64,000 nucleotides of DNA from a virus: IMG/VR virus record IMGVR_UViG_3300027762_000001; one strand, given 5' to 3'. Below, one piece after another: positions 30,301-39,312 of the stretch. The notes under the pieces are model-generated. The model ran no database searches, was not told the origin of the DNA, and saw nothing but the letters and a program-made list of their open reading frames with translations. The position numbers and the translations under genes were made by a program. Within the stretch, counting starts at the first letter, position 1; every line of letters begins with the position of its first letter.

Positions 30301-33300
30301 GTTGTAGCATTTCCGTTTTTCAAACGAATTGATATTAAATAATACTTAGAAATATCCAAACTTGCTAATATGTTTCTATAATTGTATGAAGTTGTTTGTC
30401 CCGCACTTAAAGTCTGCTTAAGGCAATTAGTTCCTTCAAACTCGTTGTCACTATCTGTTGCTAATGTACCTTGTACTACACTCCACCCAGTAGTAGACTC
30501 ACACCCTGCCACAGTATCTGCTAGCAAGTTAGTTACTGTATTACCTTTAACTGTTGTTTTAAGTTCACTTGTTTCAATATTAGTCGAAGGTAAACTTATT
30601 ATACTTTGCGTTACCTCTGTATCTGCTAAATAACTAGCCACTAATAAATTATCCATTCCATGAGCGTCAGTTTCATTACCTAAATGAGATGCAAGATTTG
30701 AAGCTGTTGCATAGTGACTTCCTTCTTGACCATCAAGTAAATCGGCATCTAAACCTGAAGTAGTACCGTCTACTGTTTTAATGGCTGTCAATATTTCATT
30801 AGCTGTCATATCAGCAGTTGCATTTGATTCAACTCCATCCAACTTCGTTTTATCTGATGCACTCATTAAACCTGAGGCAGAAGTTGTAGCATTTGCTATA
30901 ATATCAGAACCTCCAGTTATATGAGATGAAGCGTGGGCTCCAGGAAGTAATCCTGTATGACTGTGAGAACTAATTGCTCCTGTTAATTTGGCCTCAATTT
31001 CAGCCTTAGTTATATCGCTATTTTTTTGAGCATCAGAAGGAGCATGAGCTACTTGACTATGGTCATAAGCTGTTTTACCTCTGTCGCCTCTATATGCTGT
31101 AGTATCTGTTTCTCCCAAAGCTAAATTAGATTTAGCATTCCAGGTACTTTTCTCAGTATCTGTTACAAATCTATTATTTGTATCTTGAGTAATAATAGAT
31201 GGAGCGTGATTTGCGGGATGTGTATAGTTGTTAGCATTTGTAGCTACTCCATCTAATTTTGTTTTATCAGTTGAACTCATAAATCCATTAACAGAAGTGG
31301 TCGCCGCTCCATGCGCTGCACCTGTTGCTCCTACATGAGAGCTTGCAGCAAAGTCTGAAGCTAGATATCCACTATCCTTTAAAAGTTTTCCAGTAACGCC
31401 ATCGAAGGCCGCTAATCTATTAGTTATTGAAGATGCAGGGCCTATAACAGCTCCATCAATATTTACTTGAATTATGTTAAAATTAGCCCCTACAGCAGCA
31501 TGAGTTCCAGAAGCAGTCCCATCAACTGTACAAATTATCATATCGCCAACTTCAACATTAGGACCTGATGCACCACCTATTTTACCGGAAACACTTACTT
31601 TCCAAGTATGACCAGCACTACCCGCAGAATAATTAGGATTAGCTGAACAATCAATAACTCCCTTATATACCATAGCGTCATTAGCGCCAATTAAATTATC
31701 AACATAAGTTTTAACCGCATCTGCTCTTGCAAGAGCTGTAGAACTACCAGTTAATGTAGTCTCAACAGTATATCCATCATTTAAGGCATCCCCTGTAGCG
31801 CCATTCCATGTCGGAACAGCTCCACTTGTAGATGAAGCTCTCTTTTTGACTTGAGCGTCATCTGTAACATTAGTAAGCCCTACTTGAGCTTTAGTTACAG
31901 TATGAGGGTTAGATGTACTTCCTGTATGAGAGGTTAAATTTGAAGCTGTAGCATAATGACTTCCTTCTTGACCATCTAATAAGTCAGCATCTAATCCTGA
32001 AGTTGTGCCATCAACTGTTTTTATAGCTGTTAATATTTCATTAGCTGTCATATCAGCAGTTGCATTTGATTCAACGCCATCTAACTTTGTTTTATCTGAT
32101 GCACTCATTAAACCTGCAACGCTTGTTGTAGCATTTGCTATAACATCAGAGCCCCCAGTTATATGAGTGGAAGCATGAGTTCCAGGAGTTAATCCTGTAT
32201 GGTCATGAGAGCTAATAGAACCTGTTAATTTAGCTTCTATTTCAGCTTTAGTTATATCACTATTTTTTTGAGCATCAGAAGGAGCATGAGCTACTTGACT
32301 ATGGTCATAAGCTGTTTTTCCTCTGTCACCCCTGTAAGCTGTAGTATCTGTTTCTCCCAAAGCTAAATTAGATTTAGCATTCCAAGTACTCTTTTCAGTA
32401 TCTGTAACAAATCTATTATTAGTATCTTGAGTTATAATAGAAGGATCATGATTTGCTGGATGAGTATAATTGTTAGCACTTGTAGCAACTCCATCTAATT
32501 TAGTCTTATCAGTTGAGCTCATAAATCCGTCAACGGAAGTAGTTGATACTCCATGAGCATTGCCAGTTGCTCCTACATGAGAACTTGCAGCAAAATCAGA
32601 TACTAAATATCCACTATCTTTTAAAAGTTTCCCTGTAACACCATCAAAAGCTGCTAATCTATTATTTGTTGATGAGGCAGGTCCAATAACCGATCCATCA
32701 ATATTTACTTGAATTATATTAAAATTAGAACCAACAGTTGCGTGGTCTCCAGAAGACGTGCTGTCCACTGTACATATTATCATGTCTCCAACTTCAACGT
32801 TAGGCCCTGATGCTCCACCTATTTTTCCTGCTACACTTACCTTCCAAGTGTGACCAGCATCACCCGCGGAATAATTTGGATTAGCGGAACAATCAATAGC
32901 GCCTTTAAATACCATTGCATCATTGGCACCAATTAAATTATCCACATAAGTTTTTACAGCGTCAGCTCTTGGTATTGATGTGGAACCTCCAGATAGTGTA
33001 GTTTCTACACCATATCCGTCAGTTAGAGCATCACCATTTGAGCCATTCCATGTTGGTATATTTCCACCTGTTGAAGAAGCTCTCTTTTTGACTTGAGCAT
33101 CATCTGTAACATTTGTAAGTCCTACTTGAGCTTTAGTTACAGTGTGAGGGTTATTAGTCAGTGAAGTATGATCATAAGCTGTTTTTCCTCTGTCTCCTCT
33201 ATAAGCATTAGTTGATAATTCTCCTAAAGCTAAATCTGATTTTGCATTCCATGTACTCTTCTCAGCATCTGTAACAAATCTATTATTTGTATCTTGAGTT

Positions 33301-33713
33301 ATTATAGAGGGATCATGATTTGCAGGATGGGTATAATTATTAGCATTCTCTGCTATATTGGCTAATTTACTTTTCTCAGTTGTAGTATAATCTTCAGTTG
33401 AAAGACCTTTACCTGTGATCTTGTCGACTTTATCACCTAAAGCAGAAGCTGTGGCATAATAACTTCCCTCTTGACCATCTAACTTATCTGAATCATCTAC
33501 AATGCCATCTTGGTTAGTGTCGTATATAGCTCTAACCATATCTCCGCCGGCACTACCAGGTATATATTCTAAGTCATTCCATGCAGTTATGCCATCACCT
33601 ATTTTAATTTTTAGCGTATCTGTTTCTACTCCAACTTCTCCTTCTGCCAATATAGGATTTATTATAGTCCAATTTTCAGCAGTATCTCTTCTTAACTGAA
33701 TTTGTTGTGCCAT
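27312..33713 (-). CDS. giant tail fibre (about 2133 aa) with internal 414-aa and 538-aa duplications
   Basis: N-terminal IQLRRDTAENW...LAEGEVGVETDTLKIKIGDG; NPH.VTKAQVGL, MSSTDKTKLDG, LDADLLDG fibre motifs; GKNL carbohydrate-binding-like repeats; GGAGG RBS before ATG 33713. Confidence 0.85.
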   Translation of the reverse strand: MAQQIQLRRDTAENWTIINPILAEGEVGVETDTLKIKIGDGITAWNDLEYIPGSAGGDMVRAIYDTNQDGIVDDSDKLDGQEGSYYATASALGDKVDKITGKGLSTEDYTTTEKSKLANIAENANNYTHPANHDPSIITQDTNNRFVTDAEKSTWNAKSDLALGELSTNAYRGDRGKTAYDHTSLTNNPHTVTKAQVGLTNVTDDAQVKKRASSTGGNIPTWNGSNGDALTDGYGVETTLSGGSTSIPRADAVKTYVDNLIGANDAMVFKGAIDCSANPNYSAGDAGHTWKVSVAGKIGGASGPNVEVGDMIICTVDSTSSGDHATVGSNFNIIQVNIDGSVIGPASSTNNRLAAFDGVTGKLLKDSGYLVSDFAASSHVGATGNAHGVSTTSVDGFMSSTDKTKLDGVATSANNYTHPANHDPSIITQDTNNRFVTDTEKSTWNAKSNLALGETDTTAYRGDRGKTAYDHSQVAHAPSDAQKNSDITKAEIEAKLTGSISSHDHTGLTPGTHASTHITGGSDVIANATTSVAGLMSASDKTKLDGVESNATADMTANEILTAIKTVDGTTSGLDADLLDGQEGSHYATASNLTSHTGSTSNPHTVTKAQVGLTNVTDDAQVKKRASSTSGAVPTWNGATGDALNDGYTVETTLTGSSTALARADAVKTYVDNLIGANDAMVYKGVIDCSANPNYSAGSAGHTWKVSVSGKIGGASGPNVEVGDMIICTVDGTASGTHAAVGANFNIIQVNIDGAVIGPASSITNRLAAFDGVTGKLLKDSGYLASDFAASSHVGATGAAHGAATTSVNGFMSSTDKTKLDGVATNANNYTHPANHAPSIITQDTNNRFVTDTEKSTWNAKSNLALGETDTTAYRGDRGKTAYDHSQVAHAPSDAQKNSDITKAEIEAKLTGAISSHSHTGLLPGAHASSHITGGSDIIANATTSASGLMSASDKTKLDGVESNATADMTANEILTAIKTVDGTTSGLDADLLDGQEGSHYATASNLASHLGNETDAHGMDNLLVASYLADTEVTQSIISLPSTNIETSELKTTVKGNTVTNLLADTVAGCESTTGWSVVQGTLATDSDNEFEGTNCLKQTLSAGQTTSYNYRNILASLDISKYYLISIRLKNGNATTGIRLETEFVSGGATKTSSYITATSYTRVGIVVQPSDMASATQLRLQTRVTGTETQYAFVDALMLQEITATEYALGTTALLSKYAFHRGTAHTEPQTITSVGKNLFNKNTKASGYLISSITGNLTANVLHYASDWISVTPSTSYRRSGSGGAQRRHAIYDINKTFISGAQDSATITIPANGYWIKISDLLDNHNTEQVELGTSATTYEPYKDTVAETPIALRSVPVISDTFDVQTGIHTKNVSDEYSLVEADIVELVTSLTNVDYVKINKNALSKAYGSTAVAIYDTYRLIGYSENQTTSGTSIDNVSYIRTFKLTAFSNEIAFVVAKGTYASLATAKTALAGTKLYYQIATPTITNYDPQILQAQKSGTVYLSGAGTIPTTTYSYGTTIKAQVDDNSEMIDRVDDKVESHIDNVANAHGIDNLLVASYSTNTEVTQSIISLPSNNIERSELKMVVKGNTVTNKLPDTIAGCEDVTSWGNTRCVRSLDSSNEYEGDNCIKMTLSAGQTNGYANYSNSSIFTAGKYYFVSGYLKNGNLSGSGIRMQVVPIGDNTVASSFVTSTSWTRVGVVVQPTDFDASSSIFIMGYIDGAENQYGYIDALMVQEITATEYALGANALLEKYAYHRDTAHTQSQTITSVGKNLLQNQSFYTGYDLTYPPYEGEGADTTIYRHTNHILLGAGTYIMSSSQAIYYKAITQNSGDIFGSMQPLTTTFTLTKTEYVFFNFRKNPSSTWDIGEDFEAIELQLEQGSSATTYEEYKETVAETPVALRNVPAISDSFDVQTGVHTKNVSNEYSLVEADITNIENMTNVQVAYTGTNFLTGDLSLSPATNGKTRVIGKDASSYVDPTNLPTSEIGKYYVSTTGRLGFVVALGTYATLAAAKTALAGTKVYYQLATPTITTYDPQILQAQKSGTVYSSGTGTIPTTTYSYGTTIKAQINDNSDMIVRADKKTDNHLDNMANPHSYEDEGTNPDYTGVQYRFVVKDGEFYLEVVSA

Positions 33714-33714
33714 T

Positions 33715-33930
33715 TTATGCTCCACCTCCATTTATTCCTTGTGTACCACCATACACAGAACTTGCATTTCCACCATCTGCTTGAAAAAATGCAGCAATTT
33801 TAACAGGTGGGCTGCCAGGACCAACTCCAATATATAATTCTTTAGTATCTGTACAAAAAAGCGGTTCACCGCTAGCACCTTCAGATGGAAGATCTTGTTT
33901 TAGTCCCCTTCGAATTTTAATCGTGGCCAT
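33715..33930 (-). CDS. small Mtd-N-like tail-fibre module protein
   Basis: IKIRRG...GEPLFCTDTKELYIG. Confidence 0.65.
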   Translation of the reverse strand: MATIKIRRGLKQDLPSEGASGEPLFCTDTKELYIGVGPGSPPVKIAAFFQADGGNASSVYGGTQGINGGGA

Positions 33931-34025
33931 ATTATCTCCCCTTTATAATAATATCTTTAATATTATTATAAATCATATTTTGTTAAAATAAAAACTTTAT
34001 AATCTATCTTGTATTTATTATATAA

Positions 34026-34055
34026 AAATAGTGGGGTTATATAACCCCACTATTT
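34026..34055 (-). terminator. 30-bp palindrome/terminator downstream of 34081-34788
   Basis: AAATAGTGGGGTTAT|ATAACCCCACTATTT. Confidence 0.6.
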
Positions 34056-34080
34056 ATTAATATGTTAATAATTAAAATTA

Positions 34081-34788
34081 TTATGCAGTAAATTCTCCAC
34101 CGTCAACTTCATAAACATAAAGTCCAGAAGTTTCGTCAATTTTAATAGTTGCATTATCAACTATAGCTTCAGCTTTTAATCCTGTAGCTGAATCACTTAA
34201 GTTAATTGAAGTTGAATCTTCATATCTTAAGTTGAATTTTACTTGATTGTTTACATCATCATAAACTGCGTCGATAGTATTTGTATCAACTAGTAATTCA
34301 ACTATTCTAGCTTCTACAGCTGCATCCCAGTCAGAGATATCTGAACTGTCGATGTTAGCAGCGCCTTTGTATAGATCGAAGTCTGTAGCAACAACAGGAT
34401 CAGAAGCTGTTTTATTAAAGATTACTTTGTCGCCATCTTCATAATCAACTCCACCTATTGTAGCTGTAGCACCTCTTACTATATACATGTTACCAATTTC
34501 TGCTCCAGCAAGCCCTGCTAAACCATCAGTAGTAGCATCCCAAGCGCCTTTATACAAAACGCCTTCTGCAAATGCTCCAACTAATGTATCAACGTGAGAC
34601 GCTGAATAAACATTGTCAGTTGTTGATAGGGAATCATTTATAAGATATTTTCCAACTAAATTGTTGTTAGTTCCGTCGTTTATAAATAGCTCTTTAGTAT
34701 CTGTGCAAAAAGCCATTTCGCCAGAAAGTAAACCAGCATTTCCGATGTTAGCTTTCAAACCTCTTTTGACTCTGATTATTTGACCCAT
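34081..34788 (-). CDS. tail-fibre-associated protein with Mtd-N-like module
   Basis: IRVKRG...GEMAFCTDTKELFI, YKGAWDA; ends VDGGEFTA. Confidence 0.7.
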   Translation of the reverse strand: MGQIIRVKRGLKANIGNAGLLSGEMAFCTDTKELFINDGTNNNLVGKYLINDSLSTTDNVYSASHVDTLVGAFAEGVLYKGAWDATTDGLAGLAGAEIGNMYIVRGATATIGGVDYEDGDKVIFNKTASDPVVATDFDLYKGAANIDSSDISDWDAAVEARIVELLVDTNTIDAVYDDVNNQVKFNLRYEDSTSINLSDSATGLKAEAIVDNATIKIDETSGLYVYEVDGGEFTA

Positions 34789-34852
34789 TTTAAATTCCTC
34801 CTTTATAATTTTATTCTACCTAATTTAATTATACATAAAATGATTTAATAAA

Positions 34853-35056
34853 TCAAAATTCTCCACCATCAACATCGCGATAAACAACTTTCCCTGTTAC
34901 GGTATCGTATGTTAGTATTTTTCCTGTGGCAATATTGGCTTCATCAACAGCTTTAGTGCCGACGTAACCTTCTTTAGAAAAGAGATATATTATATCGGTA
35001 GCGTTTTTATTAACTCTTCTTAAAATTCTACCATCTTCATAATCAACTCTAGGCAT
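34853..35056 (-). CDS. small structural protein ending VDGGEF
   Basis: GGAGGTG RBS; shares its C-terminal motif with 34081-34788. Confidence 0.6.
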   Translation of the reverse strand: MPRVDYEDGRILRRVNKNATDIIYLFSKEGYVGTKAVDEANIATGKILTYDTVTGKVVYRDVDGGEF

Positions 35057-35510
35057 CTAAAGCTTCACCTCCAAAGCTGATTCTCTCACCTACAGTTCCG
35101 CAAGCATAAATTAAATTAAGATTTGAAACTGTAAATGTGGTTGTGCTTCCAGGCCCTAATACATACATATGAGAAGTAGGTGATACACTTGAATTCCCTA
35201 AATAAACATAATCTAAATTGTCAGGATGAGCTTGGATAGTTACTACTTTGCATGTTTCATTTGCTGCTAACTGTACAGCGTTTGTATCTGTAAAAGTTAT
35301 ATTTCCTTGTATAAGTCTGTTGTTTGGAGGAATACTAACATCTAAGTTGTCAATATTTACAGACACACTTCCAGCACCTAAATTGATTGGTAGTGGATTA
35401 TCTTTTGATACTGGTATCATATCATTTACCGCTTCGTCAAAATACTGAAGTGGTATAACATTACTATCTAACTGACTTCTTTTTAATAATTTATTGATTG
35501 CTCCACTCAT
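35049..35510 (-). CDS. putative virion structural protein (beta-rich)
   Basis: PVSKDNPLPI; VTIQAHPDN..YVYLG; GGGAGG RBS. Confidence 0.6.
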   Translation of the reverse strand: MSGAINKLLKRSQLDSNVIPLQYFDEAVNDMIPVSKDNPLPINLGAGSVSVNIDNLDVSIPPNNRLIQGNITFTDTNAVQLAANETCKVVTIQAHPDNLDYVYLGNSSVSPTSHMYVLGPGSTTTFTVSNLNLIYACGTVGERISFGGEALDA

Positions 35511-35536
35511 TTTTTAAAAACCTCCCTTTTTTATTG

Positions 35537-36202
35537 TTAAAGATTTGCTCTGTCTAAATGATCTGCATCGTAAACACTGGTTCCCTCATAAGGATCGTTA
35601 TCATCGCTTTCTTCTCTTAAATTTCTAACTTCAGATGGCTTAACACCGCCTATAGCTCCACAATTAGGGCATTCACCATAAACTGTAGTCTCGCCTTCAT
35701 AGTCACAATTTTCACACTTTATTGTTTGTAAGTCAGTTTTCTCTTTTGGAGTATTTGCCTTTTCTTTTTCTTTGTTTGTTGGTGTCTCTATAGTTGCAGT
35801 TTTATACATGAAATCTATATACTCTGATGCTGTTTTAACATTATTTAAACTTTTTAAATTATTATAAATCTCATCTAATTTGGCTCTATCTTCATTTGCT
35901 AGTGATACATTTTTTCTAATTTCGTTAATTGCAGACATAAGAGCAAAACTTCCTCCAACTTTACCTGCATGTAAATACTTGTTAGTGTTTTCTGTTATCT
36001 TGTCAAGTGTTGGCTTACTTATCTTGCCTTTCATAAATAGATTATTCATAGCATTGAGAATTCCAGCCTGTAGTCCCCACGCTATAGCAGAACCTAATGT
36101 TCCTGCTGACATGACTTGTGGTATCATTGGCGAATATTTTTTTAAATTATTATCCTCTGCCAATTTTTCAATATAAAGTTCATCAATAAATTCTCTTATC
36201 AT
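35537..36202 (-). CDS. K-x-A tag protein with C-terminal Zn-ribbon module
   Basis: Leader IDELYIEKLA; internal VKTASEYIDFMYKTA; CENC...CPNC. Confidence 0.75.
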   Translation of the reverse strand: MIREFIDELYIEKLAEDNNLKKYSPMIPQVMSAGTLGSAIAWGLQAGILNAMNNLFMKGKISKPTLDKITENTNKYLHAGKVGGSFALMSAINEIRKNVSLANEDRAKLDEIYNNLKSLNNVKTASEYIDFMYKTATIETPTNKEKEKANTPKEKTDLQTIKCENCDYEGETTVYGECPNCGAIGGVKPSEVRNLREESDDNDPYEGTSVYDADHLDRANL

Positions 36203-36320
36203 TTAAAATCACCTCGTAATTAAATTATATAATAATTTAACCCTAAAATACACATGACAAAATGCAGTATAGAAAATAAAAAATAGAAAGAGCTCTTAAA
36301 GAATAAAAATATTGAAAAAA

Positions 36321-36338
36321 TAGCATAAGAAATAAAAG
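36321..36338 (+). promoter_or_regulatory. conserved phage promoter-like motif
   Basis: TAGCATAAGAAATAAAAG. Confidence 0.75.
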
Positions 36339-36457
36339 GTAAAGGGAGGTTTTATACAAATGAACAGCAAAAGAAACACAAAGAAAAGTGATAAAATTAA
36401 TTTTATCCAAATTTTCGTAACAAAAAACACAAAAACATCAAAAAGGGGGCTGAACTA

Positions 36458-36916
36458 ATGAGTAAAATGGTAAAAGCAGTAGCAAGTGGAGTTTTAATTT
36501 TAGGTGCAACAGTTATCGGATCTGAACAATTAGGATTTTCAAGTAAATTAACCTCCGATAAGAAAAAAGATTTGGTTGGAAAGTACATGAATCGATGCAA
36601 GGAATTTAAAATACTTTATAGTATGACAAATAATGCTTGGTCAAGATTGGTGGAGCACCATAAGCATAATAAAATAAAGATGTGCTCGATACCTGTTACA
36701 GAATATGAAATCGAATCTTTAAACGAAGATTATGAGTCTATCCTAAAGAATAAAATAAAGGTTATAAATATTGCAAAATCAATAGGTGGAGATATAGTTT
36801 TAACATCTGCAAGCTTAATAGAGGTTTTAGACTTGATAGATGATTACCATAAAAAATACAGTTGTGTTTATGACAAAATTTTAGCATATGAAGAAGGCTT
36901 AGGAGCAAAAATATAA
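36458..36916 (+). CDS. hypothetical protein with hydrophobic N-terminus
   Basis: AVASGVLILGATVIG; terminator at 36923-36951. Confidence 0.65.
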   Translation: MSKMVKAVASGVLILGATVIGSEQLGFSSKLTSDKKKDLVGKYMNRCKEFKILYSMTNNAWSRLVEHHKHNKIKMCSIPVTEYEIESLNEDYESILKNKIKVINIAKSIGGDIVLTSASLIEVLDLIDDYHKKYSCVYDKILAYEEGLGAKI

Positions 36917-36971
36917 TTATCTAAGAAAGGCTAAGTTAGCCTTTCTTTTTTTAGGATTAGGGGGTAAAATT

Positions 36972-37136
36972 ATGAAAGATGTTAAATTAAAATCAAGCGA
37001 ATTAAGGGTTTATATTAAAGATAATAAAATTTATTGTGCGTCTCAAATGTGTAAACAAAATGACGATATATGCCCTAGAATCGACAAATGTAAAATTCTA
37101 AAAATAACTTTAAGTGAGGTGGATAAGTCATGTTAG
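36972..37136 (+). CDS. small Cys-rich protein (54 aa), not in ORF track
   Basis: GGGGG RBS, ATG 36972; YCASQMC...ICPRIDKC. Confidence 0.5.
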   Translation: MKDVKLKSSELRVYIKDNKIYCASQMCKQNDDICPRIDKCKILKITLSEVDKSC

Positions 37137-37393
37137 AACATTTTATAGACTCGTTTTCAATTTTTATAGCAGTATTATCTTTATCGTTTAGTATCATTTT
37201 GACTTTTCTTAATTTTATAAAATTAAGAGAACAAGACAAAGTAATAAAAATGTTAGAAAAAGAAAATTCAAATATAATAAAAGATTTTTCTAACATAAAT
37301 AAAAGAATTGATAGTCTAGCTGAATTTTATTTAAAAATATTAGTTGAAAAAGATGAAAAAGAGAGGCGGAAAAGTGATGAGAGCAGAATTTGA
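37130..37393 (+). CDS. single-TM hypothetical protein
   Basis: GAGGTG RBS; hydrophobic N-terminus. Confidence 0.6.
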   Translation: MLEHFIDSFSIFIAVLSLSFSIILTFLNFIKLREQDKVIKMLEKENSNIIKDFSNINKRIDSLAEFYLKILVEKDEKERRKSDESRI

Positions 37394-37832
37394 TTTAGTA
37401 TCAGCAGCTGAAATAATAGTAAAATTATCAGATCTTTTAGATGTCGATATTAAAGAAGTGTGGGAAAAAGATGCTCCAAGTGCAATCAAACAAAATTTTT
37501 CATATGAAGAAATTGAAAAAGAAATAATTGCTAATCACGATATGTCAATTCAATCTCCCATCCCATGGGAGAGAGGAGACGCTGAAACTTTAAGCTCTGA
37601 CATAGTTGATAAATATGGAAACGATATAGCGAATTTTGACAGAAGAGCAGATATCGGATATACATTAAAATGTGTTAATGGGTATGAAAAGTTAATGAAC
37701 TTAATACTTAAAGTAAAAGAAACTTCAGTTAATTGTGGAGGGGCTCTAAGTGCAATCATAGTTAAATTAATTGATGAATCACTAAGAGAAGAGATGGATA
37801 AGATGGCGGATTATGAGGATTCAGAGTCTTAA
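37377..37832 (+). CDS. hypothetical acidic protein
   Basis: GAGGCGG RBS before ATG (MRAEFDL). Confidence 0.6.
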   Translation: MRAEFDLVSAAEIIVKLSDLLDVDIKEVWEKDAPSAIKQNFSYEEIEKEIIANHDMSIQSPIPWERGDAETLSSDIVDKYGNDIANFDRRADIGYTLKCVNGYEKLMNLILKVKETSVNCGGALSAIIVKLIDESLREEMDKMADYEDSES

Positions 37833-37939
37833 TTTGAATTTTAATGGAAAAATATGATATAATTAAAGTAACAAAAAGGCTTAACGACTAAAAATTGTTA
37901 AGCCTTTTTGTTAAAAATTAAATAAGGAGGGATCTGAAA

Positions 37940-38599
37940 ATGCTTAAGATCACTAAGAAATTTACAGTACTCCTAACTTTAATTACTTTAATCACAAGTG
38001 TTACAAATTATTCTTATGCAAGTTCATCGAGGCTAGGTGTAGTCTCAGTATGGATGGGCTATTTAAATTTAAGGTCAGGACCTGGAATACACTATAGAGT
38101 AAAATCTAAAATGCCAAAAAATACAATAATAAGAGTCCATTCTACAAGTGGTACATGGTATAAAGTGTCATACGGGAGAACAGTAGGTTACGCAGACAAG
38201 AGATATATAAAATTATACTCAAACACAAGGGCAGTAAGAGCGACAAGTGAAGCTTTAAGTTTCATGGGAGTTAGATATGTTTGGGGAGGAACATCTCCTA
38301 GGGGATTCGACTGCTCTGGAGTTGTGCAATATGTGTATAAAAGGCAAGGTATAAACTTGCCAAGAGTTGCACATGCTCAGTCTAGAACTGGTAAGTGGGT
38401 ATCTAAGAAAAATTTAATAGTTGGAGATTTAGTATTTTTTTCATCAAGTAGAAGCTATAATAATGTCACACATGTTGGAATTTATATAGGCCAAGGAAAA
38501 TTTGTACATGCATCATCTGGAGCTAAATGTGTTACTGTTAGTTATTTAAGTAAATTATATTATTTGAGAACTTATGTTGGAGCAAGAAGAGTTTACTAA
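37940..38599 (+). CDS. secreted SH3b plus NlpC/P60 peptidoglycan endopeptidase
   Basis: Signal peptide; LNLRSGPG...WYKV...GY (SH3b); YVWGG.SP.GFDCSG...HVGIY...HAS. Confidence 0.92.
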   Translation: MLKITKKFTVLLTLITLITSVTNYSYASSSRLGVVSVWMGYLNLRSGPGIHYRVKSKMPKNTIIRVHSTSGTWYKVSYGRTVGYADKRYIKLYSNTRAVRATSEALSFMGVRYVWGGTSPRGFDCSGVVQYVYKRQGINLPRVAHAQSRTGKWVSKKNLIVGDLVFFSSSRSYNNVTHVGIYIGQGKFVHASSGAKCVTVSYLSKLYYLRTYVGARRVY

Positions 38600-38673
38600 G
38601 GCTCAAAATTAAGATATAAGCTAATAAAATATAAAGAGAGTGGAAATATTGCTCTCTCTTTTTTTTGTCATTA

Positions 38674-38691
38674 TAGCATAAGAAATAAAAG
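38674..38691 (+). promoter_or_regulatory. conserved phage promoter-like motif
   Basis: TAGCATAAGAAATAAAAG after a terminator at 38634-38666. Confidence 0.75.
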
Positions 38692-38823
38692 AAATATTAT
38701 ATAGAAAAGGTCAATAAGTTTAAGCAAGCAATAGTTTTAAATTCTCACTTTCTTACCCAGAAAACATTTATATCTTTCTTTAATTGCTTGCTTAAACTAT
38801 GACAAATAAGGAGGGGTCAACTT

Positions 38824-38982
38824 GTGAACACTTTTATTGAAGGCGCACAATTTGCTATAGGGGTAATTGTGGTTAATATTACTATTGCAGGAAGTTGTAA
38901 AATCATTGATTGCATTGATAAAAAGATGAATAAAAAAAGGCGTAATATTACTATAGGCTTTAATCGCAAAACAAACAATTAG
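38824..38982 (+). CDS. small hydrophobic protein (52 aa), not in ORF track
   Basis: GGAGGGG RBS, GTG 38824. Confidence 0.5.
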   Translation: MNTFIEGAQFAIGVIVVNITIAGSCKIIDCIDKKMNKKRRNITIGFNRKTNN

Positions 38983-39009
38983 GGGATAAAAATTAGGAGG
39001 AGAATAAGT

Positions 39010-39231
39010 ATGGATTTTTATGTAGGATTAGCGGTAGGGATTTTTGCAGGAGTAACAGGGGCATTTTGTTATATGTTCTCAGATGTTAAAAAGGAAAAGG
39101 ACAAGTATATTGGATTTTCAAGTGCATATGCTGAGATAATGGACAATAAATGCAGAAATATTTTTAATACATCAAATGCAAAAATAGAGAGTAAGAGACA
39201 TAAAGGAAGTAAAAGTATGTCGAGGCGTTAA
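39010..39231 (+). CDS. small single-TM protein
   Basis: GGAGG RBS; FYVGLAVGIFAGVTGAFCY. Confidence 0.65.
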   Translation: MDFYVGLAVGIFAGVTGAFCYMFSDVKKEKDKYIGFSSAYAEIMDNKCRNIFNTSNAKIESKRHKGSKSMSRR

Positions 39232-39264
39232 GCCTCTTTTTCTATTTTTAAAAGTGTTTTTTGG

Positions 39265-39283
39265 TAGTATAAGGAAGAAAAGG
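39265..39283 (+). promoter_or_regulatory. conserved phage promoter-like motif
   Basis: TAGTATAAGGAAGAAAAGG. Confidence 0.65.
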
Positions 39284-39312
39284 ATAATATATAAAATAAG
39301 GAGTTGATAGCC

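Noticed and set aside
26718-34788. Diversity-generating retroelement (Mtd-like N-termini)
   Set aside because: No reverse transcriptase is present and no TR/VR pair with adenine-specific differences was seen in the window.
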